DNA from: Parasphingorhabdus sp. DH2-15
Lineage (GTDB): Bacteria; Pseudomonadota; Alphaproteobacteria; Sphingomonadales; Sphingomonadaceae
Assembly: GCF_051668705.1 (NCBI RefSeq)
Contig: NZ_CP196351.1
Location: 1,945,900 to 1,977,899 of the forward strand
DNA length: 32,000 nucleotides
Direction: 5' to 3'
Made by a program: the position numbers and the translations under genes
Part shown: piece by piece, positions 16,952 to 25,244 of the stretch
How the letters are laid out: each line of letters opens with the position of its first letter
How positions within the stretch are numbered: the stretch's first letter is position 1
Notes under the pieces: generated by a model
Databases searched by the model: none
What the model was told of the DNA's origin: nothing
The model's input: the letters and a program-made list of their open reading frames with translations, nothing else

Positions 16952-18022
16952 ATGACCCAAGACGCGCAATCGACCATGACCGGCACTATGGATGTGCCAG
17001 AGGCCGACCGGATTGACGAAGCCAGCCTGACCAAATGGATGGACGATAATGTTGAGGGCTTTTCTGGCCCGATTACATTGAGCAAGTTTAAAGGCGGCCA
17101 ATCCAACCCGACCTATCGCATCGACACGCCCGGCAAAGCCTATGTTCTGCGCCGCAAACCTTTTGGTAAATTGCTGCCCTCTGCCCATGCCGTTGACCGC
17201 GAATTTCGCGTCATGGCGGCGCTGCACCCGCATGGCTTTCCCGTGCCGCAACCTTATGGCCTGTGTGAAGATGACAGCGTTATCGGTTCGATGTTTTTCA
17301 TCATGGGCATGGCCGATGGCCGTAGCCTGTGGAATGGCACCCTGCCCGAACATGCCCCGCAAGATCGCCACGCTATCTACACCGCTATGACCGACACATT
17401 GGCACAGCTGCACACATTTGATGCAGAGGCTATTGGTCTAGGCAGTCATGGCAAGCCCGGCAATTATTGTGCGCGGCAGATTGACCGTTGGACCAAACAA
17501 TACCGGCTGTCTGAAACCGGCACGATTGAGAAGATGGACCGGATGATGGAATGGCTGGCGCAAACCGTGCCGGAACAGCGCGGCAACGCTATTGTTCATG
17601 GCGATTATCGCATCGACAATATGATTTTTCATAAAAACGAAAACCATGTGATCGCTCTGCTCGATTGGGAGCTGTCCACATTGGGTGACCCGATAGCTGA
17701 TTTGTCCTATTATCTGATGAGCTGGGTCACCCCGCCAGAGGGCCGTGCAGGCATTGGCGGGCTTGACCTGAAAGCATTGGGCATCCCCAATATCGAAGAA
17801 TCCATCGCCCGCTATTCAGAAGTCTCCGGCATTACCGATATTCCCGATATGGACTGGTATTTTGCTTATAATATGTTCCGTATAGCAGCCATTTTGCAGG
17901 GCATTAAAAAGCGGGTTATTGATGGAACAGCGTCAAGCAAACACGCCAAAACCATGGCCGAGCGCGTGCCGATGCTGGTCGAAGGTGGATGGCAATTTGC
18001 CTTAAAAGCGGGGATTGAATAA
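16952..18022 (+). CDS. APH-fold phosphotransferase (ACAD10/11 N-terminal-domain-like, LvaA-like kinase)
   Basis: ORF trimmed to ATG 16952, with GAGAGGAA upstream. The catalytic loop is HGDYRIDNMIF and the metal-binding motif is LDWELSTLGDP. The N-terminal lobe has FKGGQSNPTY...YVLRRKP. Confidence 0.87.
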   Translation: MTQDAQSTMTGTMDVPEADRIDEASLTKWMDDNVEGFSGPITLSKFKGGQSNPTYRIDTPGKAYVLRRKPFGKLLPSAHAVDREFRVMAALHPHGFPVPQPYGLCEDDSVIGSMFFIMGMADGRSLWNGTLPEHAPQDRHAIYTAMTDTLAQLHTFDAEAIGLGSHGKPGNYCARQIDRWTKQYRLSETGTIEKMDRMMEWLAQTVPEQRGNAIVHGDYRIDNMIFHKNENHVIALLDWELSTLGDPIADLSYYLMSWVTPPEGRAGIGGLDLKALGIPNIEESIARYSEVSGITDIPDMDWYFAYNMFRIAAILQGIKKRVIDGTASSKHAKTMAERVPMLVEGGWQFALKAGIE

Positions 18023-18819
18023 TGGCCATCACCAATCTTTATGACCTGACAGGCCGCACAGCCATCATCACCGGGTCATCACGCGGGATCGGTAAAGCAA
18101 CCGCTGAACAACTCGCCGCCCATGGCGCAAATGTCGTTATCTCCAGCCGCAAAGCAGATGCCTGCCAAGAGGTCGCCGATGCGATTAACGCAGAATTTGC
18201 CAGCGATAGCGATAGCCCGCGGGCCATTTCAGTGCCTGCTAATATCTCATCAAAAGACGAGCTGGCCAATTTGGTCGCGCAAAGCCGCAAGGCCTTTGGC
18301 CCTATCGACATATTGGTCTGCAATGCGGCGTCCAACCCCTATTATGGCCCTATGGCAGAGATAGAGGATGATGTTTTCCGCAAAATCCTCGACAATAATA
18401 TCCTCTCCAACCATTGGCTCATCCAGATGTGCGCACCGGATATGGTGGCCAAAGGCAAAGGCTCGGTCATCATTGTCTCGTCCATTGGCGGCATGGTCGG
18501 CACCGACACTTTGGGCGCCTATAATATTTCCAAAGCGGCTGACCTGCAATTGGCCCGCAACTATGCGACCGAATTTGGCAAACAGGGCATCAATGTGAAT
18601 TGCATCGCACCCGGACTCATCAAAACCGACATGGCCCGCGCTCTTTGGGAAAACCCAAAATTGCTAAGCTATATGGAGAAGGCCACACCCTTGGGCCGCA
18701 TTGGCGAGCCGAACGAGATAGCCGGCGCTGCTGTCTTTTTGGCCAGCGATGCATCCAATTTTATGACCGGCCAAGCCATGATTATTGATGGCGGCACCAC
18801 CATTACGGCAGGGATTTAG
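18022..18819 (+). CDS. SDR-family oxidoreductase (DHRS4-like)
   Basis: TGSSRGIG and YNISKAAD motifs. Its start overlaps the kinase stop by 1 nt (TAATG). Confidence 0.9.
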   Translation: MAITNLYDLTGRTAIITGSSRGIGKATAEQLAAHGANVVISSRKADACQEVADAINAEFASDSDSPRAISVPANISSKDELANLVAQSRKAFGPIDILVCNAASNPYYGPMAEIEDDVFRKILDNNILSNHWLIQMCAPDMVAKGKGSVIIVSSIGGMVGTDTLGAYNISKAADLQLARNYATEFGKQGINVNCIAPGLIKTDMARALWENPKLLSYMEKATPLGRIGEPNEIAGAAVFLASDASNFMTGQAMIIDGGTTITAGI

Positions 18820-18834
18820 ATGAAACAGAGAAAC

Positions 18835-18957
18835 GCCCTTCGACACGCTCAGGGCTAGCGGACATTGAAAGAAGGCAAGTTGAATAATGCATTAGTGATG
18901 CAAGACAGATAGCAGTGATCCTTACATCGTCCGTAAGTGCTGAGCTTGTCGAAGCAC
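18835..18957. repeat. REP/MITE-like palindromic intergenic element, copy B
   Basis: gcccTTCGACAcGCTCAgggc (18835-18855) and gtgcTGAGCTTGTCGAAgcac (18937-18957) are inverted arms homologous to copy A at 3-23 and 63-83. The internal segment differs and contains its own small hairpin CTTAC-N7-GTAAG (18921-18937). Confidence 0.65.
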
Positions 18958-19030
18958 GGCCCACAGAATGGCCAAAACCAAAAAATGCTCTGCTAAACAC
19001 AGGGTGACTGCAAAAGAAAAGAGATTGTAT

Positions 19031-19840
19031 ATGACTGACCTCAAAGGAAAAACCGCCATTGTTACTGGTGCGGGCAGCGGGATTGGCCGGGCCAGTGCCT
19101 TGCTTTATGCAGAGCAAGGCGCGCGCGTTATTGCCAGTGACATTACAGAAGCGGTGCAGGAAACTGCGGCCATGGCGCCTGATTCCATCACCGCGCATCA
19201 AGGCGATGCTGCTGATGAAGAGACAATCAAGGCGCTGGTCGATACCACTATGCAAAGCCATGGCGGATTAGATATTTTCTTCGCTAATGCGGGCATCTCT
19301 GGCGGCTTTGAAGGTATTTTTGAACAGAGCGTGGAAGAATGGGAAAAGATTTTGCGGATCAATCTGATCGGCGTTTTTCTGGCGGTCAAACATGGCGGTA
19401 AGGCGATTGTCGCAACATCGGAAGCGAATGACAATCGTGGCGGTTCCATCATTGCGACTGCATCTGTTGCGGGCCTGCGCTCCGGTGCTGGCGGCCCTGC
19501 CTATACGGCGTCGAAGGCAGGTGTCATCAATTTGGTGAAGATTGCAGCACAACAGCTTTCTGGCAGCAATGTGCGCTGTAACGCCATCTGCCCCGGCCTG
19601 ATCGAAACTGGCATGACCAGCTTTCTTTATGAGGCCGCGCGCCGCAAGGGCAAGGAACAGATGGTTGGCAATCTCAACCCGGCACAACGCGGCGGCGAGC
19701 CTAATGAAATCGCAGAAGCTGCTTTGTTTTTGGCTTCTGATCGGTCAAGCTATGTCAATGGCCATGCTCTGGTTGTTGATGGTGGCCTGTCCACATCACA
19801 CCCTTATACACGCCAACCCTTCGGCAAAACCGCAACATGA
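19031..19840 (+). CDS. SDR-family oxidoreductase
   Basis: ORF 18968..19840 trimmed to ATG 19031, which gives the canonical N-terminus [19 protein letters not shown]. It also has ANAG and YTASKAGV. Confidence 0.88.
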   Translation: MTDLKGKTAIVTGAGSGIGRASALLYAEQGARVIASDITEAVQETAAMAPDSITAHQGDAADEETIKALVDTTMQSHGGLDIFFANAGISGGFEGIFEQSVEEWEKILRINLIGVFLAVKHGGKAIVATSEANDNRGGSIIATASVAGLRSGAGGPAYTASKAGVINLVKIAAQQLSGSNVRCNAICPGLIETGMTSFLYEAARRKGKEQMVGNLNPAQRGGEPNEIAEAALFLASDRSSYVNGHALVVDGGLSTSHPYTRQPFGKTAT

Positions 19841-21057
19841 GCCTGCCCGAAGCAGATCCAGCCGCAGCAGGTTTCAACAGTGAGCGGCTAGCCAATATTG
19901 CTGCGCATATTCAGCGCAAATATCTCGATACCGGTTGCCTGCCCCATGCGGCATTACTGATTGGGCGCGGTGAACATATTGCTCATCATTCATTGCAGGG
20001 CGAAGCACGGCCGGGGCAAAAACTAGGCAAAGATCATATCTTCCGGCTCGCCAGCATGACCAAACCGGTTACCTCCATCGCTTTCATGCAATTGGTGGAA
20101 CAGGGAAAGGTCGCTCTGTCCGATCCGGTGCATCACTATTTGCCGGAATTTAAAAATCTTGGTGTATTTGTGTCGGGCGGCGGGGATCAACCCTTTATCT
20201 CTCGGCCAACGGCGCAGGTAATGCGCATTATTGACCTGCTGCGCCACACCAGCGGCCTGACCTATGGGTTTCAGGAGCGCACCCCCATTGATGCTGCGTA
20301 TCGCAAGGGTGGTTTTGAAAGATTTGATGGCGGCAGCATGGACGCGTTTATCAAAGCGTTGAGTGAAATCCCGCTGCAATTTGATCCTGGAACAAGCTGG
20401 AATTATTCTGTCTCTACAGATGTTCTGGGCGCGATTGTTGAGCGGATTTCAGGGCTATCGCTGGAAGACTATTTTCGCACCCATATTTTTGCGCCGCTAG
20501 GCATGGATGATACGCATTTTCAATTGCCCATGTCCAAGATCGACCGTGTGACGGACAGCTATGTTTTTGATCAACAGCAGCGCATGAAACCCTATGACCC
20601 AGGTGCTTCAACAGCATGGGCCAAAGAGCCAGGATATTTTTCCGGTGGCGGCGGGCTGATGTCGACGATGACGGATTATTATCGCTTCTGCCGAATGTTG
20701 CTGGGCAAAGGCAGTTTGGATGGTACGCGGATCATTGGCCGCAAAACGCTGGAGATGATGACGGCAAACCATCTGCCCGGTGGCGGGGATTTAACCCAGC
20801 ATAGCAAAGCTCTGTTCTCTGAAGCAGAAAATGCTGGCGCAGGTTTTGGCTTGGGCTTTGCCACCACCATCGATTCCGCAGCAACCGGAGTCATGGGGTC
20901 AAATGGTGATTTTTACTGGGGCGGCATGTTCTCAACCGCATTTTTTGTTGATCCGGTGGAAGAGGTCATCATGATTTTCATGACCCAGCTTATGCCATCA
21001 AATATCTATCCGGTACGCCGAGAGATCAAAACCATGCTCTATGCTGCGCTGGACTAA
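19837..21057 (+). CDS. serine hydrolase, class C beta-lactamase / family VIII esterase fold
   Basis: S-x-x-K motif in ASMTKPVTS and a WNYS tyrosine motif. It makes an ATGA overlap with the preceding SDR. Confidence 0.85.
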   Translation: MSLPEADPAAAGFNSERLANIAAHIQRKYLDTGCLPHAALLIGRGEHIAHHSLQGEARPGQKLGKDHIFRLASMTKPVTSIAFMQLVEQGKVALSDPVHHYLPEFKNLGVFVSGGGDQPFISRPTAQVMRIIDLLRHTSGLTYGFQERTPIDAAYRKGGFERFDGGSMDAFIKALSEIPLQFDPGTSWNYSVSTDVLGAIVERISGLSLEDYFRTHIFAPLGMDDTHFQLPMSKIDRVTDSYVFDQQQRMKPYDPGASTAWAKEPGYFSGGGGLMSTMTDYYRFCRMLLGKGSLDGTRIIGRKTLEMMTANHLPGGGDLTQHSKALFSEAENAGAGFGLGFATTIDSAATGVMGSNGDFYWGGMFSTAFFVDPVEEVIMIFMTQLMPSNIYPVRREIKTMLYAALD

Positions 21058-21096
21058 TATCCGCCCAGTCGAGCATGTTATCTCAAGCATCTTATC

Positions 21097-21843
21097 TTAT
21101 GATGACATAACGTTTTGTAGCATGCTCCAAGCCGCATCAAAACGCGCGCGTCGGTCAGCCATTAGCGCCTTAGCTTGTGCATCCTCGCCCCATTGTTCGG
21201 CCTGCCAATCGCTCTCCAGAAAGGCTGCATCCCAGCAATGGTCAGCATCAATATGTCCATCACGCAATGCCAGCGCGAGGGCATAGGAGCCCAGCAAGGC
21301 GACTATCTGCGAAAATACCGTCAGCGCAAATTTGTCTAGCACGGCAACATCTTTTTGCGCCAATGCCATAACCGGTGCTGTCTGCGCTCCGGGCATAATG
21401 CCGCTGGTGCGCAGCCATTGCACTTCATGCGCATCTTCTAGCGCTTCCAATATCGGATCCCACATGTTCAGCTGTCGCTGCGTCAATGGGCTGTCATCCG
21501 CATCGCGATATGACAGTGTATCGGTATCTGCATAACCACAGACCTCACTTTCCAGCGCATCACGATGCGCGGCCACGCGGTCAATTGCGGCATTGCAAAA
21601 GCCGGTAATAATCATTGTCTCTGGACGGATAAATTCGCCTTGGTCGGCCCATTCCTGCGCCACCAATTTGGCCAATGCTGCATTGGGCAAAGTCAGATTG
21701 GCGCGCGCCGGCGTTTTGAGGGTCCGCCCATCCAGCGTAACGACATAGCCGCCGGCAATACGCTCAACCGAAACAATCTTATAAAACCGCTTGGGCAGAT
21801 TCCTGTCTGCTTCAGCTGTCGGCGTTTTCACCGCATCGCTCAT
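21097..21843 (-). CDS. ATP12-family F1-ATPase assembly chaperone
   Basis: The N-terminal KRFYKIVSVERIAGGYVVTLDGRTLKTPA and the length of 248 aa are typical of ATP12/ATPAF2 homologues in Alphaproteobacteria. Confidence 0.85.
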   Translation of the reverse strand: MSDAVKTPTAEADRNLPKRFYKIVSVERIAGGYVVTLDGRTLKTPARANLTLPNAALAKLVAQEWADQGEFIRPETMIITGFCNAAIDRVAAHRDALESEVCGYADTDTLSYRDADDSPLTQRQLNMWDPILEALEDAHEVQWLRTSGIMPGAQTAPVMALAQKDVAVLDKFALTVFSQIVALLGSYALALALRDGHIDADHCWDAAFLESDWQAEQWGEDAQAKALMADRRARFDAAWSMLQNVMSS

Positions 21844-22106
21844 AATATTGTCCCTTCATCGCCCTTATCGCCTGTATCGCTATGAAGGGCGTTGCTGCTC
21901 CATCTCTTCGCCAGCATGGGCGGCGCGAAAAAGAATGTCAGAAAACCAATGAGGACTGGCACATATCCCCATATGGGCGGCGCAATATCCTGTTTGCCAT
22001 AGAGCAAATAGATACCGAACATCAGTATGCCAATACCGACAAAGCGAGACAGGCTGATCAAAAAATGGCGTTGCACAGCAATTTTGTCATGCTGGTCACT
22101 GGTCAT
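21840..22106 (-). CDS. small two-TM membrane protein (hypothetical)
   Basis: 88 aa with two hydrophobic helices, FVGIGILMFGIYLLY and WGYVPVLIGFLTFFFAPP. It makes ATGA overlaps with both neighbours, at 22103-22106 and 21840-21843. Confidence 0.6.
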   Translation of the reverse strand: MTSDQHDKIAVQRHFLISLSRFVGIGILMFGIYLLYGKQDIAPPIWGYVPVLIGFLTFFFAPPMLAKRWSSNALHSDTGDKGDEGTIL

Positions 22107-22783
22107 TTGGTGGTCCCTGCTTGCAGAATGTCAAACAATTCATCCATGCTTTTGGCGACTTTCTCCGCGCCAGAGTCCAGCAATTCCTGCATATCGTGAT
22201 AGCCCCAGTCCACGCCAATAGCGCGTACATTGGCATTGATCGCCATTTCCATGTCAAAGCTGGTATCGCCAATCACCACTGCATATTCGGGCACGGTCAT
22301 AGCGTCTTCCAACGCTTGATAGACCATTGCGGGGTGCGGCTTGCTGGGGTGGCGGTCTGCTGTTTGCAGGCTGACAAAATAATCCTGCAATCCATGATGT
22401 GCGACGCACAATTGCAGGCCGCGATCTGATTTACCGGTTGCGACTGCCAACAGCCACCCATCGGCACGCAGCCGGTCAAACACGCTCAGCAATCCATCAT
22501 ATAAGGGTTCCGCCACTGCGCCTTCTGCACGCAAAGCCTGAAACGCGGTTTTGTAGCTTTCGGCCAGCGCGATATGCGTATCCATATCCAGCTCCGGTGA
22601 TAGGCTGCGCATGGCCTCTACCAGCGACAGGCCAACGATGCGGCGCACGCGGTGGTGGTCAGGCGGGGGTAAGTCATGCGCAGCAAAGGCCCGCGTCATA
22701 GCCCCGCAGATATTGGCCTGACTATCGACCATGGTACCATCACAATCAAAAATGGCCAGGCGGACAGGGTCTTGCACTGCCAT
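22103..22783 (-). CDS. HAD-superfamily hydrolase (phosphoglycolate phosphatase-like, subfamily IA)
   Basis: Motif I is AIFDCDGTMVDS, and the later motifs are VATGKS and GDTSFDMEMA. Confidence 0.88.
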   Translation of the reverse strand: MAVQDPVRLAIFDCDGTMVDSQANICGAMTRAFAAHDLPPPDHHRVRRIVGLSLVEAMRSLSPELDMDTHIALAESYKTAFQALRAEGAVAEPLYDGLLSVFDRLRADGWLLAVATGKSDRGLQLCVAHHGLQDYFVSLQTADRHPSKPHPAMVYQALEDAMTVPEYAVVIGDTSFDMEMAINANVRAIGVDWGYHDMQELLDSGAEKVAKSMDELFDILQAGTTK

Positions 22784-23403
22784 TATTCTTTATCCAATTC
22801 GCGCATCATATGTGCCATTGCGCGCCGTCCACCCTTGTCCAGCGCAGCCGCAACATTTTCACGCGCCTCGGCGGGTTTATTCTGGTTCAGCTTGGCCGTT
22901 GCACGCCAAGCCTTTATCTCCATTTCGAAACCAACGATTGACTTCACCAACCCGTCAAAACGCTTTTCATCCATTTTGTCGCGCGTCCATGGTGTTTTGG
23001 GGGCCAGCTGCTCTTCATGATGTGCACTAGCCTCATCCAGAAAAGCGACCAGACCATCACGATTCATTTGCCGTACGCGGCCTTCCAGCTCTAGCGAGAC
23101 ATAATTCCAAGTCGGCACTTGGTGCTTTTGTTCATCCTCGCTCAGGCCATACCAGTCCGGGCTAATATAGGCGTCAGGGCCATTGATAACGAAAAGCGCA
23201 TCCATACCAGCCAAATGCTTTGTCAGCGCATTGCCCCGCGCCAGATGGAACTGAATAGCACCATCACCAGTGGACAGCAGCGGCACATGCGCGACACGCG
23301 GACCATCGGGCGTGGTGGCGAAGATCATGCCAAAACCGATTTGTGCAATCATCGCTTCGTGCGCTGCGCGGTCATTCCAATGAAAATCGCTATTAGGATG
23401 CAT
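22783..23403 (-). CDS. FMN-binding negative transcriptional regulator, PaiB family
   Basis: The N-terminus HPNSDFHWNDRAAHEAMI...GFGMIFATTPDGPRVAHVPLL and the 206-aa length match PaiB-like proteins. It makes a TAATG overlap with the HAD gene. Confidence 0.75.
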   Translation of the reverse strand: MHPNSDFHWNDRAAHEAMIAQIGFGMIFATTPDGPRVAHVPLLSTGDGAIQFHLARGNALTKHLAGMDALFVINGPDAYISPDWYGLSEDEQKHQVPTWNYVSLELEGRVRQMNRDGLVAFLDEASAHHEEQLAPKTPWTRDKMDEKRFDGLVKSIVGFEMEIKAWRATAKLNQNKPAEARENVAAALDKGGRRAMAHMMRELDKE

Positions 23404-23408
23404 AGGGT

Positions 23409-24770
23409 TCAGCCTCGCTTTCCAGATTTGTTACGTGCCGGAGCAGAGCGACCGCCAGCTGGGCCAGAACGACTACCAGATGCGCCCTTCTTCATCATGG
23501 GTTTCTTGCTATTTGACCCCGTTTTTGCACCAATTTTCGGTTTCCCCCTGCCGCGCGCTGGGCCAGATGGTTTCTTGCCATCATCTGCTACGCCGCGCCC
23601 ACGGCGTTCACCGCGCCTGCCTTTGCGCATTTGTTTGGCATGGGCACGCGCCTTGCGCTTTTGCTCCTCACGCGTGGGTTCAGGCGCATGATCGACCGGA
23701 TTGAAAGCGTCGCCAATCTCCATATCAAAGCCAAGGCCGTCCATAGTATCAGCAAAATGCGGCGGCAGATCGGCCTTTACCTCCAGCTTCCCGCCATCGG
23801 GATGGTCTATGCGCAAATGGCGGGCATGCAGATGCATTTTGCGGCTGATGCTGCCGGTCAGATGCGCATCTTTGCCACCATATTTTATATCGCCCAATAT
23901 CGGGTGACCAATCGCAGCCATATGTACACGCAATTGGTGCGTGCGCCCGGTCAAGGGGAACAGCTCTACCCAGCTGACCCGCCCGCCAGCATGTTCCAGC
24001 ACACGGTAACGGGTGCGTGCGCTCTGGCCCTCCACCTCATCAACGAACATCTTTTCACCGCCTGTGCCCGGCTGTTTAGCCAGCGGCAGATCAATCTGTC
24101 CCTCGCGAATTTCCGGCAAGCCCATGACAAGCGCCCAATAGGTTTTGCGCGCCGAACGGCCAGAAAAATGGCGCGAGAAAAAGGCTGCGCTGCCCGGTGA
24201 TCGGGCCACCAGCAACACGCCCGAAGTATCTTTATCAAGCCGGTGAACAAGCCGTGGCCGCGGGCCTTCATCACCTTCAATATAGGCGTCCAGCAAGCCA
24301 TCGACATGTTTATAGGTTTTGCTGCCGCCCTGTGTCGCAAGGCCCGGTGGCTTGTTGAGTATGAGCGCGGCACGATCACGGTGGATCACCATGCCCTCGG
24401 CCAGTGCGGTTTCCTCATCATTCAGCTCTTTGCGGCGGATAGTCTTTGACGGTTTTGCACGATCATCCGGCGGTACACGCAGCACCTGCCCCGTGCTTAT
24501 CCGGTCGCTATGGCTCACCCGCTTGCCATCCAAACGCAATTGCCCCGTACGCGCCCAGCGTGACACGGTGCCAAAGCCAATATGCGCCATATGCCGCGCG
24601 AACCAGCGGTCAACGCGGATATCATTATCATCCGCCTTAACCGTAAAGCTGCGTACCTGCGGGCTGTCCGGCGACCATGCGCCCCCGTCACCTGCACTAT
24701 CACCTGCGCCTGTTTTATCAACGCCGATATCCGGCCCTGTTGTGTCTGCTGATTTATCGTCTTCGCTCAT
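23409..24770 (-). CDS. RluA/RluC-family 23S rRNA pseudouridine synthase with an S4 domain and a long basic C-terminal tail
   Basis: ORF 23409..24953 trimmed to ATG 24770, which makes an ATGA overlap with the crcB stop. The S4-like segment is IRVDRWFARH...GQLRLDGKRV and the catalytic motif is HRLDKDTSGVLLVA. A C-terminal tail of about 90 aa is rich in Arg, Lys and Gly. Confidence 0.88.
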   Translation of the reverse strand: MSEDDKSADTTGPDIGVDKTGAGDSAGDGGAWSPDSPQVRSFTVKADDNDIRVDRWFARHMAHIGFGTVSRWARTGQLRLDGKRVSHSDRISTGQVLRVPPDDRAKPSKTIRRKELNDEETALAEGMVIHRDRAALILNKPPGLATQGGSKTYKHVDGLLDAYIEGDEGPRPRLVHRLDKDTSGVLLVARSPGSAAFFSRHFSGRSARKTYWALVMGLPEIREGQIDLPLAKQPGTGGEKMFVDEVEGQSARTRYRVLEHAGGRVSWVELFPLTGRTHQLRVHMAAIGHPILGDIKYGGKDAHLTGSISRKMHLHARHLRIDHPDGGKLEVKADLPPHFADTMDGLGFDMEIGDAFNPVDHAPEPTREEQKRKARAHAKQMRKGRRGERRGRGVADDGKKPSGPARGRGKPKIGAKTGSNSKKPMMKKGASGSRSGPAGGRSAPARNKSGKRG

Positions 24771-25162
24771 GCCCATTGCCTTGTTAAAATAAGGCCTGCG
24801 AAAATCGCCGCCGTGGAGAGCGTTACCGACACCAACGCATAAGCCGCTGCTTGCCAATAGGCCCCTTCTGTCAGCATATTTGCCGTTTCCAGCGAAAATG
24901 CGGAAAAGGTTGTAAACCCGCCCAGCAACCCAATGCCCAGAAACAACCGCCACATTGGCGAAACATCATCAGCAAATTGCAGCCAGCCCGCCAATATGCC
25001 CATGGCAAGACCGCCCACTATATTCACTGTCAGCGTCGCCACTGGCCAGCTAGTCCCGGCCCAATGCGTCATTATCTGCCCGATATGAAATCGTCCTGCT
25101 GCGCCCAATGCGCCGCCCGCCATCACCCATAGGGTTGCACCAAAATATGTTGCTGCGCTCAT
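24767..25162 (-). CDS. crcB: fluoride channel CrcB/Fluc
   Basis: 131 aa with four hydrophobic segments, plus the motifs GGALGAAGRF and GGFTTFSAFSLE. Confidence 0.9.
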   Translation of the reverse strand: MSAATYFGATLWVMAGGALGAAGRFHIGQIMTHWAGTSWPVATLTVNIVGGLAMGILAGWLQFADDVSPMWRLFLGIGLLGGFTTFSAFSLETANMLTEGAYWQAAAYALVSVTLSTAAIFAGLILTRQWA

Positions 25163-25244
25163 TACAGGTTCAATAGACCGGCTTGAGGGGTTTTTCCAGT
25201 CAATAGCTTGGCCGCATCTGGCAATGCTTCAACTGGTAATGATA

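Noticed and set aside
1-18957. The two palindromic repeat copies as possible boundaries of a mobile element or genomic island.
   Set aside because: They lie in the same orientation 18.8 kb apart and enclose core genes (the his operon, gmk, sspB). There is no transposase, integrase, tRNA or target-site duplication. They are better read as dispersed REP/MITE-like copies.
25163-25244. A possible fluoride (crcB-motif) riboswitch upstream of crcB.
   Set aside because: Reading the minus strand of this 82-nt gap, I could not find the conserved crcB-motif core, meaning the paired GGxGAUGG...CC and ...CUGAUGAUGCC-type elements. The gap looks like a plain alaS-crcB spacer. An Rfam/Infernal scan would settle it.
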